A stretch of DNA of 64,000 nt from Candidatus Latescibacterota bacterium (GCA_963662665.2 CAXXJS010000005.1:1-64000), one strand, 5' to 3'. Counted from the first letter of the stretch, positions 1 to 13,948 are shown. Numbers and translations: made by a program. Notes: generated from the sequence alone by a model not told the origin.

Positions 1-1255
1 CGCTTCGGGGAACAAAGGCCGCGCTCAGGGCGAACCGTCCCTGGGGCGCAACGGTCGCCGGCGAGTCTGCCGCGCCGAGGACGTAGGCTGCGCCTTCAAT
101 AATGGCGCTTTCAACGCGAAGCGCGACCTGGCCCTGATTGAGGACGGTCACGTGGCGCGTCATGTGCTGCCCTACGTTTACGGAGCCAAAATCGAGGCCC
201 ACCCGCGGCAGGGGCGAAAATACGGCGCGCGGCGCCAGTCCGCTCCCTCGCAGAGGAATGGACCATTCCCCGAAGTCGGTTGCGGAGACCACCAATTCCG
301 TTGCAGCCGACCCTGCGCGCGTGGGAACGAACGTAACGTCTATTCGTGTTTCACTGCCGGGGCCGGGCCACGGGACGACACCGACCTCAACGTGAAAGGG
401 ATCCTGCGGACTGGCGATCTTCATCGGCCCGGCCGTTTCGGGCCCGGCGCCGGTGTTTCTGACGACAACGACCGCTGTCGCCGCTTGCCCTATTGGTATT
501 GCACCGAAATCCAGACCTCCGGCCGGCAGGATCGCCGCCTTCGCCTCCGGCAGCGACGAAAAGACGGTGCGCGGCGCCCGGCCGCTTCCTCGCAGAGGAA
601 TGGACCATGTCCCGAAGTCGGCCGCGGAGATCACCATTTCCGTAGCAACAGACCCCACGCGAGTGGGGGCGAACGTAACGTCTATCCGCGTTTCACCGCC
701 GGGGGCGAGCCACGGGACAACACCGCCCTCAACGCGAAAGGGATCCTGCAGACCGGCAACTTTCATCGGCCCGTCCCCCACGGCCGTGCTGCCGGTGTTC
801 TTGACGACGACGACCGCCGTTGCCGCCTGCCCAACGGATATTGCACCGAAATCCAGCCCCTTTGCAGGCAGGATCGCCAGCCTGGGCGGAACGACCACCG
901 CCAGAATCGGTACCGACAGGTGCTGGTCCATGAACCGGGAATCGATCCGCAACGTCAATTCGCCAACGTGCCGACCGACCGCGTTTGCACGGAAGCGCAC
1001 CTCGACGCGGCCGGCGCCCTTCGCATCCAGGCGCAGTGTTTCCGCTCCTGCGGCAAAACCGCTGCCGCTGATGCCGAGAATCACGCTGAGCGCTTCGTCG
1101 TGCAGGTTTTCGAGATCAACGGACCCATTGGCTTCAGCCCCCACGTCGACCTCGCCCAGGTCGAGCGCCTCCGGGACAATGGCGAGGGGCTGGGCGCGAA
1201 GTCCCGCTGTAAGGCAAAGGAGAGCGAGAAGAAAAGAAGAATGCAGATCGTCCAG
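1..1255 (-). CDS. Secreted protein with tandem Ig-like (choice-of-anchor D/ASH-type) domains; runs off the window at its 3' end, start codon uncertain
   Basis: Manual translation gives a signal-like LLALLCLTAGLRAQP, then repeated LDFGAIxVGQAATAVVVVxNTG...IDVTFxPT...IPLRGSG units. Missing from the ORF track because it has no stop in the window. Confidence 0.7.
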   Translation of the reverse strand, partial: MDDLHSSFLLALLCLTAGLRAQPLAIVPEALDLGEVDVGAEANGSVDLENLHDEALSVILGISGSGFAAGAETLRLDAKGAGRVEVRFRANAVGRHVGELTLRIDSRFMDQHLSVPILAVVVPPRLAILPAKGLDFGAISVGQAATAVVVVKNTGSTAVGDGPMKVAGLQDPFRVEGGVVPWLAPGGETRIDVTFAPTRVGSVATEMVISAADFGTWSIPLRGSGRAPRTVFSSLPEAKAAILPAGGLDFGAIPIGQAATAVVVVRNTGAGPETAGPMKIASPQDPFHVEVGVVPWPGPGSETRIDVTFVPTRAGSAATELVVSATDFGEWSIPLRGSGLAPRAVFSPLPRVGLDFGSVNVGQHMTRHVTVLNQGQVALRVESAIIEGAAYVLGAADSPATVAPQGRFALSAAFVPRS

Positions 1256-1441
1256 GCCGCATGAATGCCGATTTACAGGGTTGTTTGAGACCCGCGTTTG
1301 AGAGAAGCCGAAGATAACCCCTGCGGGATTCCCGGCGCCGATTCAGGCGACACTCATTCTGTGCGTACATAAGTCCGGATTACCTGCCGTGTCAGGTGGA
1401 GGAAAGCGGCTGCACACACGGCCGCGTCGATACCAATATAC

Positions 1442-1480
1442 AAAAGGGGGGCGCGGAATTCAATCCGTGCCCCCTCTTTT
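1442..1480. terminator. Hairpin with A-tract and T-tract; bidirectional terminator-like
   Basis: aaaaggggggcgcgga-attcaa-tccgtgccccctctttt. Confidence 0.5.
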
Positions 1481-1589
1481 AACTATGGCTGGATTTGCAG
1501 GGGCAACCCTTGCGGTTGCGCGGTCCGCGAGGTGTGGTACGCCACACAAATATCCTCCCGAAATACAGGTGTGATTTCTCTCGATATAG

Positions 1590-1618
1590 TTGACACATTC
1601 CGCCATTTGGCATATAAT
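1590..1618 (+). promoter_or_regulatory. Consensus sigma70 promoter
   Basis: TTGACA (1590-1595), 17 nt, TATAAT (1613-1618), upstream of the CDS at 1761. Confidence 0.75.
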
Positions 1619-1760
1619 CAAATAGATACCAAAGGTTCATACTCCGGCGATCGGCGCTGCAATCGGCAGGTAGAGACAGACGAGTTCTTGGGAAAGTCGC
1701 TCAAAATGACGGTGCGGGCTGTCGACGGGTGGATGTTTACCGCTCAGATTGGAGGAGATA

Positions 1761-2426
1761 ATGCGTATTTTCGTGGTAATCTTGTCGATGGCATTTGCCT
1801 CGATCCAAAACATCCAGGCGCAGCCGGCGGACGTCGCAAGTCATGTTGCGGCGCTTAAGGGAAAGACGTTTTGGCTGAAGATCGCTTTTGTAGAGGTGAA
1901 CGACGGGATTCGAGGCATCGATGCCGCGAATGTCCTGGAGAACGGCGAGGTCTCATACCGCGCTGCAATAGGCGGTTTTCGCCAGTCTCAATCCCAGTCG
2001 GCTGAGGATTTCGCCGAAGAGGTCCGGAATATCATCACGAGGGATGAACTTTCGGGGTGGAGCGTGCGGGTCATCCAAAGGGGCGCGAAAGCGGTCATCC
2101 GAAAAGCAGAGGCGGGGGAAAAGGAGGTCTACATTGAACTGGACAAACTGTCGGGCGCCCGGCATGCCGTCCGTCTCAAGGTCAATAGAGACAATTACAC
2201 AATTGCCGAGGTTGAACGCCTCTTCAACATCGCTTTTGCTGGCGGCGAAGCGGAATTGGCAGGTCCCGAGGAAACCGTGCTGCTCAAGATGAATATGACC
2301 ATTGAAGAAGTGATCGCCCGGAAGGGCAATCCCGGGACGCGCGTTGAACTCGGCTCCAAAACCATTCTCGCCTATGATGACTTGAAGTTGATATTCAAGG
2401 ACGGAAAGCTGGTGGATGCAGAGTGA
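1761..2426 (+). CDS. Hypothetical exported protein
   Basis: GGAG RBS; signal peptide MRIFVVILSMAFASIQNIQA; C-terminal MTIEEVIARKGNP...LIFKDGKLVD resembles a SmpA/BamE-like motif. Confidence 0.7.
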   Translation: MRIFVVILSMAFASIQNIQAQPADVASHVAALKGKTFWLKIAFVEVNDGIRGIDAANVLENGEVSYRAAIGGFRQSQSQSAEDFAEEVRNIITRDELSGWSVRVIQRGAKAVIRKAEAGEKEVYIELDKLSGARHAVRLKVNRDNYTIAEVERLFNIAFAGGEAELAGPEETVLLKMNMTIEEVIARKGNPGTRVELGSKTILAYDDLKLIFKDGKLVDAE

Positions 2427-2613
2427 GTGACCCTCTGTGATCTTACCTACTTCCCGGTACATGCCTTCCAACGGTACACGCGTCGCGGAACCAGTACAAT
2501 AGAACGCTCCCGTCGGTTCCGAACGAGAGTATACCATTCCCATCCCCAAATTTCGCCTTGCGCCTCTGGCGTCAATGAGTTCCACTCGATGCGCGATGCC
2601 GAATTTGAGCGAT

Positions 2614-2650
2614 GTCTCAATCCCTATTCTGATGGATAATTCTCACCGGT
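2614..2650 (-). repeat. Solitary degenerate CRISPR repeat
   Basis: gtctcaatccctattctgatggataattctcaccggt, 28/37 identical to the main array repeat, same orientation. Confidence 0.75.
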
Positions 2651-2953
2651 GTCGTTTCGGCGCCCGGCGCGGGCACGTTCGGCATCCGCCTTCTCCCACG
2701 CTGCCAATTGTTCCGCGGTGGGAACATACAGGCCTGCTCTCCTGTAGTCTTCGTCACGGTAAGGCGTGCCGTCGGCATGCCAGGCGAGGCCGACGATCGG
2801 GTCGGTGAACCTTTCACCTTTACGTCCGGAATCTCGTCTATCCATGCGGTACCAGGCACCTTTTTCATGTAGGCTCCTCACCGGGCATTGTGGCCTGTGG
2901 TTAGTGGCCAATCCGTTTTCTTTCGCCCTGATCAGGCCATCCATGAACGGCAT
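2624..2953 (-). CDS. Small hypothetical protein, paralog of 10707-10994 (start uncertain: 2953 or 2845)
   Basis: WHADGTPYRDEDYRRAGLYVPTAEQLAAW is 18/29 identical to the paralog; the stop codon lies inside the degenerate repeat. Confidence 0.65.
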   Translation of the reverse strand: MPFMDGLIRAKENGLATNHRPQCPVRSLHEKGAWYRMDRRDSGRKGERFTDPIVGLAWHADGTPYRDEDYRRAGLYVPTAEQLAAWEKADAERARAGRRNDTGENYPSE

Positions 2954-3673
2954 AAGGGTGCAACTTACCTTGATTCGCAATTCTTCGGGGAAGTAAAACC
3001 GAATATATGCAAGTAGATAAAGGCGATTTAACTTCTGATTACCAGGATACACCAGGTCACTGGACGTGGACTGAAAAAACGTCCTTTTTGACGACCGTTA
3101 CGCCCCGTTTCAGGGGTTTTCGTCGCGTTGCCGAGTTGCTGTTTTTTCACATAGAGGCTTAGCGTGAATAAAATCGCAAAAAAGGCGGTTTCCTTACCCA
3201 AGGCATTGTATTATATTGTGGTTACGCAAATCACGATAACACAATGAAACAGCGGGAAACTACCGCGGAAGATCAGGATAGACATCTCAGGGTGTCTTTC
3301 GAAATTCTTCCCGGTAAGCCGGTAGAATCCACCTTCGACGGGGCGTCCTGAGCAGCCTGCCTGTGCGTGTACGCTCGCAAACACGCGACAGCGTTGTGAT
3401 GCTGCCTCGTGACGTGGCGGGCTGTTTATTTCGAATTCGGGCTGATCCGTCACAGCCCGGGCACTGCATGGCGACAACCGAACGGATAATAATGCGATTT
3501 GTAGCATATTGCGGCCCGGAACAGCCAAAAAGCCACCCGCACTGGTGCGGGCCCTTCGATACCACCGAATCAGGGCCTTCCCGTAACGCGTTGCGCTGCT
3601 CTTCGCCCGGTGGAGACCGGCTTCGGCCCGGATCCCGCAACGCCGGCGGAACGGCGAAGGAGGCAGGGCACCG

Positions 3674-7517
<3,844 letters not shown>

Positions 7518-7525
<8 letters not shown>

Positions 7526-9362
7526 CCTGCGCGAGATGCTTGCCGATGGACGGGTCCTGGTGACAGACGGCGCCATGGGCACGGTGCTCTACGAACGGGG
7601 CGTGTTCGTGAACGTCTGCTACGACGAACTCAACGCGACGCACCCGGAACTCGTCGGGAACGTGCACGCGCAATACCTCCACGCCGGGGCGGACATCCTG
7701 GAGACGAACACCTTCGGCGCGAACCCGGTGAAACTCTCGTCGTACCGTCTTGAGGACCGCACCGAGGAACTGAACCGTCTCGCCGCCGGGATCGCCGTGC
7801 GGGCGGGGAGGGGACGGGCGGTGGTGACGGGCGCGATCGGGCCGCTGGGGATTCGGGTCGAGCCGTTGGGGCCCACGTCCCTGGAGGAGGCTCGGGAGTA
7901 CTTCGGCCGTCAGGTGGACGGGCTGCTGGCGGGTGGCGTGGACGGGTTCATCCTGGAGACCTTTTCCGACCTGGCCGAACTGGAGCAGGCGTTCCGGGCG
8001 GTGAAGAGCCGGTGCGATCTTCCCGTGATCGTCCAGGTGACGGTGGAAGGCGACGACGGCAAGACGGCTTCGGGCGCTTCGGCCGAGCAGGCCACACGTG
8101 CGGCGGATACCTGGGGCGCCGACGTGGTGGGCCTCAACTGCTCAATCGGCCCGGCGGTTGTGCTGGAGGCGCTGGAGGGCATGGCCCGGGTCACCTCCCG
8201 TCCCCTCTCGGCCCAACCCAACGCGGGGTCCCCCACGGTGGTGCGCGAACGCAAGATGTACCTCACGCGGCCCGACTACATGGCGCAATATGCGCGCCGC
8301 CTCATCGAAGCGGGCGCGCGGATCGTGGGCGGCTGTTGCGGAACGACCCCGGAGCACATCCGCCGCATCAGCGAGCAGGTCGCCGCCAGCCAGCCGCGCA
8401 CGACGTCGGTTCGGGTTACCCGCGAAACGGCCATCGACGTGGACGGGAAGCCGAAGCCTCCGCTGGCAACGCGTTCCGCCCTCGGCCGCCGGTTGGCACG
8501 GGGCGACTTCGTCACCTCGGTTCAGATCCTCCCTCCGCGGGGATGGGACACCACAGCACTCGTGAGGGACTGCGGCGCGCTGGGCGCAGCCGGGGCCGAT
8601 GTGATCGCCGTACACGAGGACCGCGGCGCCGCGCGGCTCGGAGTGTTCGCCGCTGCCGCATCAATCGCGCGCTCCTGCCCGGGCATCGAGCCCCTGGTCC
8701 ACTATACCTGTCGGGACCGCAAGCTCACCCGGATGATGAGCGACCTCCTGGGTGCGGCCGCGACCGGCCTGCACAACGTTCTGCTCCTGACGGGCGATCC
8801 TCCGGGGCCCGATCACTACCCCGACTACCAGTCTGTTGTCGACGTCGACTCAATCGGTCTCACGAACGTTGTGACGGGACTGAACGCCGGAATCGGTCCC
8901 TCCGGCAACGATCTGGGCGATCCGGCCGGTTTCGTGGCGGGCGTCGCGCTGAACCAGGCGGCCCACGACCGCATCCGGGAACTGGGCCGCTTCCACTGGA
9001 AGGTGGATGCCGGTGCTGATTTCGCCGTGTCTCAGCCGGTCTTCGACGCTGGCCAACTGCGGGGATTCCTGGCGGAAGTCGAGCAGAGAATCCCGGTGAT
9101 CGCGGGCATTCTGCCACTCGTGAGCGCACGCCAGGCGGAGTATCTGCAGAACGAGGTACCGGGCGTGCATGTACCGGACGAGGTGGTGGAGAGGATGCGG
9201 CGTGCAGAGAGGCGAGGGGTTGGCGCGGCCGTGGCCGAGGGGGTGGCAATCGCGTGTGAAATTGCCGGAGAGGTGCGGGGCGAGGTCGCCGGGATTCAGG
9301 TCTCGGCGATCCGGGCAGGGGTGGAAGCCGTGTTGGGGGTGGTGGAGGGGTTGAGGGGGTAA
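7518..9362 (+). CDS. yitJ: Bifunctional homocysteine S-methyltransferase / methylenetetrahydrofolate reductase
   Basis: DGAMGTVL...[14 protein letters not shown] domain; C-terminal MTHFR domain ([31 protein letters not shown]); ATG at 7518 overlaps the end of metH. Confidence 0.9.
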
Positions 9363-9437
9363 GGATGTTTACACGACGGCGACGGTGAACAGCTCAAGTC
9401 CTCGATTCAGTTGGAATACAATATGAAATCGGAGAAA

Positions 9438-10364
9438 TCATATTGATTGGCAAATGGAGATTCTCCCCAAACGCCCCACCACCTCACCACCCCGCAGGTT
9501 GCTCACATACACCTTCTCCGCCCCGGCGTCCCTTAGCCGGCGGATCGAGCGCGCGCAGATGTCGTCGGCGCTCATCCCGGCTGTGAACTCTGCCGTAATC
9601 TCGCGGGCCGGAACCGGGAAATAGCGATTCAGATAACCGAGCGTGCGGGGATTGGCGCTGCGGTACAGGAACACGCCGTACACGACCGGAATGTCCACAC
9701 CCAGGCGTTCCAGCTCAGTGCGGAACAGCTTCACCCGGCCGAGCGAGTGGTGCGATACGATCTGCGTGAGGACGAAGTCGGCGTTGTAGTCCTGCGCGGC
9801 CACAAAGCGGGCCTGCTCGACCGGATCGCGGTGCGGGTTCGCCCATCCTCCAAGCGGGAACCCGGGCTGTACGCGTCGCAGGATGGCGCGCAGGTCCCTG
9901 CCGTGGGGAACGCATCGCTCGGGCCCGACCGTGTGGTCGCCCCCCACCACGGCCACCCCTGCCACCCCCAATCCCACCGCTCGCCGCGCAAAGAGACGGC
10001 AATACTCCAGCGGGTGTTTGCACGTCAGAAAAGGCACCACCGTCTCCAGGTCCGCGGCGGCGCCAAGATTCGCGGTCAGATGGGCCAGGCTCTCCTCCTC
10101 CGGGTCTCCGGCGGCGTTGTCGGTGAGGAGGACGAAAGTTCCGTTGCGGGCGAGACGCCGGACCGAATGGTACATGTCGATCCAAACGTCAATGCCACGG
10201 GTCGCGTCCAGACCCAGCCGGGGAGGCCGCAACTCGACGCCGACCAACGGCCCCGGTGCGCGCAATCGCGCCAGGATGTCGGTCGACGGGCCGGGGCGCA
10301 CGTCCTCGGGGCGGCGGTGGACCTGGATCCCCCCTTCCCGGTCAGTCGATTGAGATATCATCAC
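9438..10364 (-). CDS. Methylenetetrahydrofolate reductase-like (FAD-linked TIM barrel) protein
   Basis: VELRPP, LTDN, PFLTCKH, VVGGD, ADFVLTQ motifs; next to the met genes. Confidence 0.75.
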   Translation of the reverse strand: MMISQSTDREGGIQVHRRPEDVRPGPSTDILARLRAPGPLVGVELRPPRLGLDATRGIDVWIDMYHSVRRLARNGTFVLLTDNAAGDPEEESLAHLTANLGAAADLETVVPFLTCKHPLEYCRLFARRAVGLGVAGVAVVGGDHTVGPERCVPHGRDLRAILRRVQPGFPLGGWANPHRDPVEQARFVAAQDYNADFVLTQIVSHHSLGRVKLFRTELERLGVDIPVVYGVFLYRSANPRTLGYLNRYFPVPAREITAEFTAGMSADDICARSIRRLRDAGAEKVYVSNLRGGEVVGRLGRISICQSI

Positions 10365-10473
10365 ATGTCAGCTCCCTGATCATCCTATGACCGAAACCGA
10401 GGCCGGCGTTCAGCCGCGGGTTCGGTACCGCGTCGCGCGTATCCGGTCCCGGCCGGCGGGACGTCCGGTGAGG

Positions 10474-10499
10474 AAAAAAGCGGCAATTGGACCGCTTTT
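10474..10499 (-). terminator. Intrinsic terminator closing the mini-array transcript
   Basis: Minus strand aaaagcggt-ccaatt-gccgctttttt, about 12 nt after the last mini-array repeat. Confidence 0.7.
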
Positions 10500-10511
10500 C
10501 CACGGCCTCGT

Positions 10512-10693
10512 GTTTCAATCCATGTTCTGATGGAAAATTCCCGGCCAGAGAATATAAGCCTTCCGTCCCGATTCCGAAAATGGTGTTTCAACTCTTATTC
10601 CAATGGAAGTCTCTCACGGGACACCGACTGCCGGTCACCGGCCACTGCCTCTATGAGTTTTACTCCTCGTTCTGATGGAAGTATCCCAACGGG
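10512..10693 (-). CRISPR. Degenerate CRISPR mini-array (3 repeats, 2 spacers of 36 nt)
   Basis: Repeats at 10512-10548 (30/37 to consensus), 10585-10620 (36 nt, diverged) and 10657-10693 (32/37); spacers at 10549-10584 and 10621-10656. Confidence 0.9.
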
Positions 10694-10706
10694 TGTTCCC
10701 GACCGA

Positions 10707-10994
10707 TTAGTCGGTATCCAATTCGCGTTTCAGGTCGGCGATCCACCGTTCGGTCTCGGCCCAGTGGGCGAGCTGTTCGCGGGTGGGCACGGGCAGGTTG
10801 GCCTTTTCGTAGTCCGCATCGGTAAACGGTCGGCCGTCCGGGTGCCAGCATTGGAAGGCGGCGGGGTCCTGGCGATTCTTAACGTGTTCAGACATATCGA
10901 ATTTCATTCCTTGCTGTGATGGAAGATGTCCAACGAATCGAGCCGTCGACGATCTCTCCGTCCTGGTCTGTGTTTTGGCCCGGGCACTGCTCAT
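10707..10994 (-). CDS. Small hypothetical protein directly upstream of the mini-array
   Basis: ATGA overlap with the upstream gene; contains WHPDGRPFTDADYEKANLPVPTREQLAHW; stop is 13 nt before the first repeat. Confidence 0.7.
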   Translation of the reverse strand: MSSARAKTQTRTERSSTARFVGHLPSQQGMKFDMSEHVKNRQDPAAFQCWHPDGRPFTDADYEKANLPVPTREQLAHWAETERWIADLKRELDTD

Positions 10995-11542
10995 TTATCT
11001 TCCCGGATCCTGGCCAGCGCCTCGCTCGCGGCGTCTGCGATTGAACCCGGAGAATCCTTGAGATTCTCGTGTATCCATTCGAGATACCTCACCGCCCGCC
11101 GCTCCCGGAATTCGCCGAGTTGCCGGATGATGGTCTCCCCCAGACCGGCGCCTATAGGATACCTGTCCCTGGACATATGCTCGAAGAGGCTATCGAGCAG
11201 ATTCAACAGGTGTTGGCGAATCTCTTCCGAATCGGGTGAGGGTTTCCAGACGTAGCGCGGGTTTTCCTCGCTCACCAGAACGTCGGGTTGACCGGGCCGG
11301 ATCTGCCGTTCCTCTTCCCAGCCGCCATGGCGCATCACCGGCCCGATGGGGACGGGATCGCGATCGGGCCGGCGGTGTGGATGGTTCGCACAATAGGTGT
11401 AGAACGGGTCCTCTATCGCGATGTCCCTGATCTCGCACCAGGGCGGTATGCTCGAATCCGCGTGCAGCAACCAGTCGCGCTCGCCCTTGTTCTTTCTGTT
11501 GAACCAGCAGGTTCCGCAACAGTCGGATCCTCCATTCGGCAT
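10991..11542 (-). CDS. Hypothetical protein with Cys-rich N-terminus and helical (HEAT-like) C-terminus
   Basis: DCCGTCWFN...WCEIR...YCANHPH; C-terminal QLGEFRERRAV...AASEALARI; GGAGG RBS. Confidence 0.8.
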   Translation of the reverse strand: MPNGGSDCCGTCWFNRKNKGERDWLLHADSSIPPWCEIRDIAIEDPFYTYCANHPHRRPDRDPVPIGPVMRHGGWEEERQIRPGQPDVLVSEENPRYVWKPSPDSEEIRQHLLNLLDSLFEHMSRDRYPIGAGLGETIIRQLGEFRERRAVRYLEWIHENLKDSPGSIADAASEALARIREDK

Positions 11543-11666
11543 CGCTCAGCCCTCCGCCCTGCGGTACCTTCGCAACCCCTCCCGCAACCGGTCTTGCAGT
11601 ATCGTTCGCACCGTCACATCGTTCGATCCAGTTGGAATCCTTCGCCAGTCAAAACATAAAGTGCAT

Positions 11667-11687
11667 TTGTCGCAAGTATTGCGACAA
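11667..11687. promoter_or_regulatory. Palindromic operator TTGTCGCA-N5-TGCGACAA (putative WYL-regulator site)
   Basis: Perfect 8-bp arms in AT-rich DNA upstream of the 11542 operon; identical arms at 41734-41754. Confidence 0.7.
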
Positions 11688-11870
11688 CATTAAATTTCGC
11701 AATAAGACTTTAACGTAAAATGGGTGCTGCCGTCAGCCGGAAACAGTGAGAAGAGAAGCCGGTGTGAAGGTGGGGCGGACATTCCTGTCTGCCCTTTTCA
11801 ATGTCCTTCTGTCGAGATGCAGGCGGAAAGAAGGCGCGCGATTTTCTACGCGGGGGCCCACTATCCGCAG

Positions 11871-12953
11871 TCAAGCCAGGTTGGCCACGCGGCGCTCGGC
11901 GGCGGCGATGTCGGCGACGCCGTCAAGCACGGTGATCTCCAGATGGAACTCGCGGGTGGCGCCGGGTTCCAGGTATTCCAGGAAGTTGTGCGTGCGGTTC
12001 CAGGCACGCCCGAGGGGCGAACAGTTGCCCGGCTCCACGCCGGTCACGTAGCCGGCGGCGGCGAAGTGCTGCCACTGGGTGACCAGCGGCAGTTCGGCAG
12101 CCGGCATGCGCCACTGCAGGCCGTACGTCAGCCGGTCGTTAATCAACGCAACGGTCACGTTGCCGTTGGCGTCCGGTACCGGCCGGTGTACGTAAACGTC
12201 GTCGCCGGCGGCCGGCTCCGGGGCGCGCGCCCGCTCGTACACAGCCGCATCGACCGGGCGGTCCTGCAGCCACTCGGTACTTAGCCGGCTGTTGACCAGA
12301 AACCGGGTACCCTCGTCGAGCAGGGGGAAGCCGGGATTGGTGTGGTACACCAGCATCAACGGCGAGCGCAACCCGCCGAGGTTCTCCACGCAGTCGTGGA
12401 TGCTGATGCGGCGCTCGCCCAGCGTCGTGGTGATTTCGCGGCGCAGTTCGAGCGTCGTGCCAAGTGCCACCGCTTCGCGCATGGTGCCGGCGATGCGCAG
12501 GCGGTATTCGTCTCCCAGCCAGTCTCCTCCGGCGCTAACCTCGCGCGCTGGAATTGCGGACAGCCGCCCGTGCAGGCCCAACTCCTCGCCTTCCTCCTCA
12601 GGGTCGGTTTCGGGATGGCCGACGAAGGTCATGCCGCAACTGATCAGCAGGCCGCCGAAGAAACTGCGCATCCAGCCGTAGCCGACGGACTCGAAGAATG
12701 CCGGGCCAACGTCCCCCGTGGCGCTGCGGAAACACAGCGACCGCCCCCGGTAGGTTGCGGCAGCGATGTCGAGCGCCCGTCCGGGCAGCACAGAAAAGCT
12801 CAGTCCGGAGGCGTTGCTCACCTCGATCAATCCGGCGCCGCGCTCATTGCCCTCGGTCAACTCCGCACGGCGAACAGCCGCAAGCTGGCTCATGTCGCCG
12901 ACCAACTGCAGTAGCTCCGCCTTCGTGTAGCCGCGTCCAAACAGATGCGCCAT
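11871..12953 (-). CDS. Aldose 1-epimerase family protein (DUF4432-like)
   Basis: VLPGRALDIA, FFGGLLISCG, LGLHGR, YHTNPGFPLL, GVEPGN motifs; GAGG RBS. Confidence 0.85.
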   Translation of the reverse strand: MAHLFGRGYTKAELLQLVGDMSQLAAVRRAELTEGNERGAGLIEVSNASGLSFSVLPGRALDIAAATYRGRSLCFRSATGDVGPAFFESVGYGWMRSFFGGLLISCGMTFVGHPETDPEEEGEELGLHGRLSAIPAREVSAGGDWLGDEYRLRIAGTMREAVALGTTLELRREITTTLGERRISIHDCVENLGGLRSPLMLVYHTNPGFPLLDEGTRFLVNSRLSTEWLQDRPVDAAVYERARAPEPAAGDDVYVHRPVPDANGNVTVALINDRLTYGLQWRMPAAELPLVTQWQHFAAAGYVTGVEPGNCSPLGRAWNRTHNFLEYLEPGATREFHLEITVLDGVADIAAAERRVANLA

Positions 12954-13088
12954 GCTCTCTCCTCTCGTGGAAGGTGCGGCGCCCGGTACACGAGTTCGTT
13001 CACGATTCAGTTCCGGTTCTTTTGGAAAATGTACAGCGATTGTCGTGCGTACCCAGTGCACCTCGACCATTCGGTTTCTTGGTGATGT

Positions 13089-13709
13089 TTAAGCAACCTC
13101 GAACAGACAGCGCAGCCACTCGTTTGTGGTATCGCGGATGCCATCCACGTCAACTACGAACTCCTGCCCCCTGCCACCAGAATCGACATGGATCCATGGG
13201 GCGTTGCGCCGACACAATTTGACTCTACGACTAATCCGACTGCAACCGTCAGCCGGCCAAAACCAATCAGGTAGCCTCCAGTACGACCGCAGACAGGGTG
13301 CGCCTTTTTCGACTTCCTCCGGAGCGGTCAAGACGATACGGCTGTCTTTTTTCTGAAATACGCCGCCGCCCGGCAAGTCTCTTCCTCCAATATTGAGCCT
13401 CTGTGTTGACACGTAGACCGTGTTGTTTGGTCGTTTGCGAAGACTGCGGTGCCGTTTCTTAAATGAACCGTGGAGATGTGGGTGCTCCGAAAGCCACGGA
13501 TACTCGCACAGAGCGCGGTCGTAGTCTTCATCAGTCCGAAGCGATAAAACCTCATGAACCTGAAGCCAGCCAAAAAGCATATGAACATTCGGTGCGGATC
13601 TGACGTAACGCCAACTTTCGCTACTATCTCTCTCGACTCGACGGAACGTTCCGAAGAAAAGGAACAGGTCACCCTGACGGACACCATGATCGGCCAGCCG
13701 TTGGTTGCG
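13089..13709 (-). pseudogene. 5'-truncated Nmad3-family gene
   Basis: GDLFLFFGTFR, HMLFGWLQV, HPHL, WRLPDWF and GRGQEFV match the intact paralog at 17095-17949; the N-terminus is replaced by intron DNA. Confidence 0.75.
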
Positions 13710-13948
13710 CGTGTTGCCCCCTTTCCCGAGATCCAGACGGGTCGGCTCCCCCATTACGTCTATCGAGGCCTACTCAACGTTCACTCACGTTACGGCCTGC
13801 ACACTCGCGGAGTCGCCTCATGAACCCCTACACCGGAGGCTTCGGCGATTTCATTGCCAACATTCCTGCTCCGATTTCTACCGACTCCAACGACATCTGT
13901 CGGGTTGGAATGTCGCCCACTGGAGTTCCACACCGGTTCAAGACGCAC
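13710..13948 (-). mobile_element. Group II intron 5' fragment (domain I only, no RT gene)
   Basis: Minus strand starts GTGCG at 13948 and contains gcgagtgtgcaggccgtaacgtgagtgaacgttgagtaggcctcga...gagccgacccg, recognised as bacterial group II intron domain I. Confidence 0.7.

Noticed and set aside
152-1301. Long + strand ORFs (370 aa, 282 aa)
   Set aside because: Antisense shadows of the minus-strand Ig-repeat gene
2439-2475. Possible further repeat ending ccaacggt
   Set aside because: Only about 18/37 identity and out of phase with the 2614 repeat
3300-3673. SAM/SAH/B12 riboswitch upstream of metH
   Set aside because: GC-rich hairpins are present but I could not recognise consensus motifs; needs Infernal
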